Positions 27,194 to 27,694 of a DNA stretch of 27,694 nt are shown in pieces; position 1 is the stretch's first letter; every line of letters begins with the position of its first letter. The stretch comes from Deinococcales bacterium (GTDB lineage Bacteria; Deinococcota; Deinococci; Deinococcales; JAAFIG01): assembly GCA_031414595.1 (NCBI GenBank), contig JANNVX010000101.1, positions 1 to 27,694 of the forward strand. The letters run 5' to 3'. Made by a program: the position numbers and the translations under genes. The notes beneath the pieces were generated by a model. The model ran no database searches. It saw only the letters and a program-made list of their open reading frames with translations, and was not told the origin of the DNA.

Positions 27194-27694
27194 TTACTGT
27201 AGATACCTCAGCACTTTCAATGTTTTTTAGGCGTTCAAAAAATCAAAATCAAGTAATTGCAAAAATAGTTGCCGATTTGATAGACCGCGAAGAGTTGGTG
27301 CTTTTTGGAATTGTTCGCCAAGAGTTACTTTCGGGCATTAAATACTTGGCACAGTTTGAAAAACTAGAGCAACTGACCCAGAGTTTGCCCTTGGTTATTG
27401 CGAGCCACGAAGACCATGTGTTAGCGGCAAAGTATTATAACTTATGCCGAGCCAAAGGAATTCAGGGTTCAGTCACGGACTTTCTTATTTGCGCCATGGC
27501 GACACGTTTTGATGTCCCAATTTTAACCACAGACCCTGACTTTGTACATTATGCTAAGGATTTGTCCGTAAATAACTTCCCGATTTACACCTCAAGTCGG
27601 TTTAGCCACATAATTCCATTGCGGCATGACCTTATCAAACACAATACGCATCGAATCCTTGAAGTCATCTGCGACTTTTCGTTTAGTGGCATAA
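27190..27694 (+). CDS. vapC: VapC PIN-domain toxin; no stop within the window, reads into an IS end (not in the ORF track)
   Basis: Own translation: MITVDTSALS...VRQELLSGIK...CRAKGIQGSVTDFLICAMA...ILTTDPDFVHYAK, then unrelated sequence from about 27558. Confidence 0.88.
   Translation, partial: MITVDTSALSMFFRRSKNQNQVIAKIVADLIDREELVLFGIVRQELLSGIKYLAQFEKLEQLTQSLPLVIASHEDHVLAAKYYNLCRAKGIQGSVTDFLICAMATRFDVPILTTDPDFVHYAKDLSVNNFPIYTSSRFSHIIPLRHDLIKHNTHRILEVICDFSFSGI
27558..27694 (-). mobile_element. Right end of an ISAzo13-family insertion sequence with transposase C-terminus (stop at 27592-27594)
   Basis: The minus strand encodes ...YATKRKVADDFKDSMRIVFDKVMPQWNYVAKPT*, matching the ISAzo13 transposase C-terminal FD..P.WNY motif. 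Terminus GGATTTGTCCGTAAATAA is preceded by TAA. Confidence 0.75.

Noticed and set aside
1-27694. tRNA/rRNA genes, tnsA/tnsB transposase, integrase, cas1/cas2 or effector cas genes
   Set aside because: Looked for but not seen in this window; a complete CAST therefore cannot be claimed.

Overview
Window from a Deinococcales-like bacterium (Deinococcus-type L31, L13 and S9 sequences) whose backbone is saturated with the palindrome CTCGAG. The left ~6.9 kb is accessory. It holds the trailer half of a CRISPR array (35-bp repeat ending ATTGAAAC, spacers that mostly read antisense to coding sequence), a separate one-spacer mini-array, cas6, an Xre-type HTH gene divergent from tniB(tnsC-like)-tniQ, and a convergent TnsE-like gene. 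It ends in a TGT-initiated tandem 21-bp repeat that overlaps the stop codon of an RlmI-like rRNA methyltransferase gene, a candidate transposon end. No transposase and no Cas effector genes lie in the window, so a CRISPR-associated transposon is a hypothesis, not a demonstration. The rest is mostly housekeeping: yigZ, LON-N protein, hpf, a NarL-type two-component system, ferredoxin, ispF, rplM-rpsI, rpmE, TPR-GGDEF, melA, DUF72 and a prolyl oligopeptidase. Small accessory inserts include a brnTA cassette flanked by 16-bp direct repeats inside the 3' end of the response regulator, an ABC-ATPase plus PD-(D/E)XK nuclease pair, and a vapBC module whose vapC end is interrupted by an ISAzo13-like IS at the right edge. 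All calls are by-eye motif recognition; no database searches were run.
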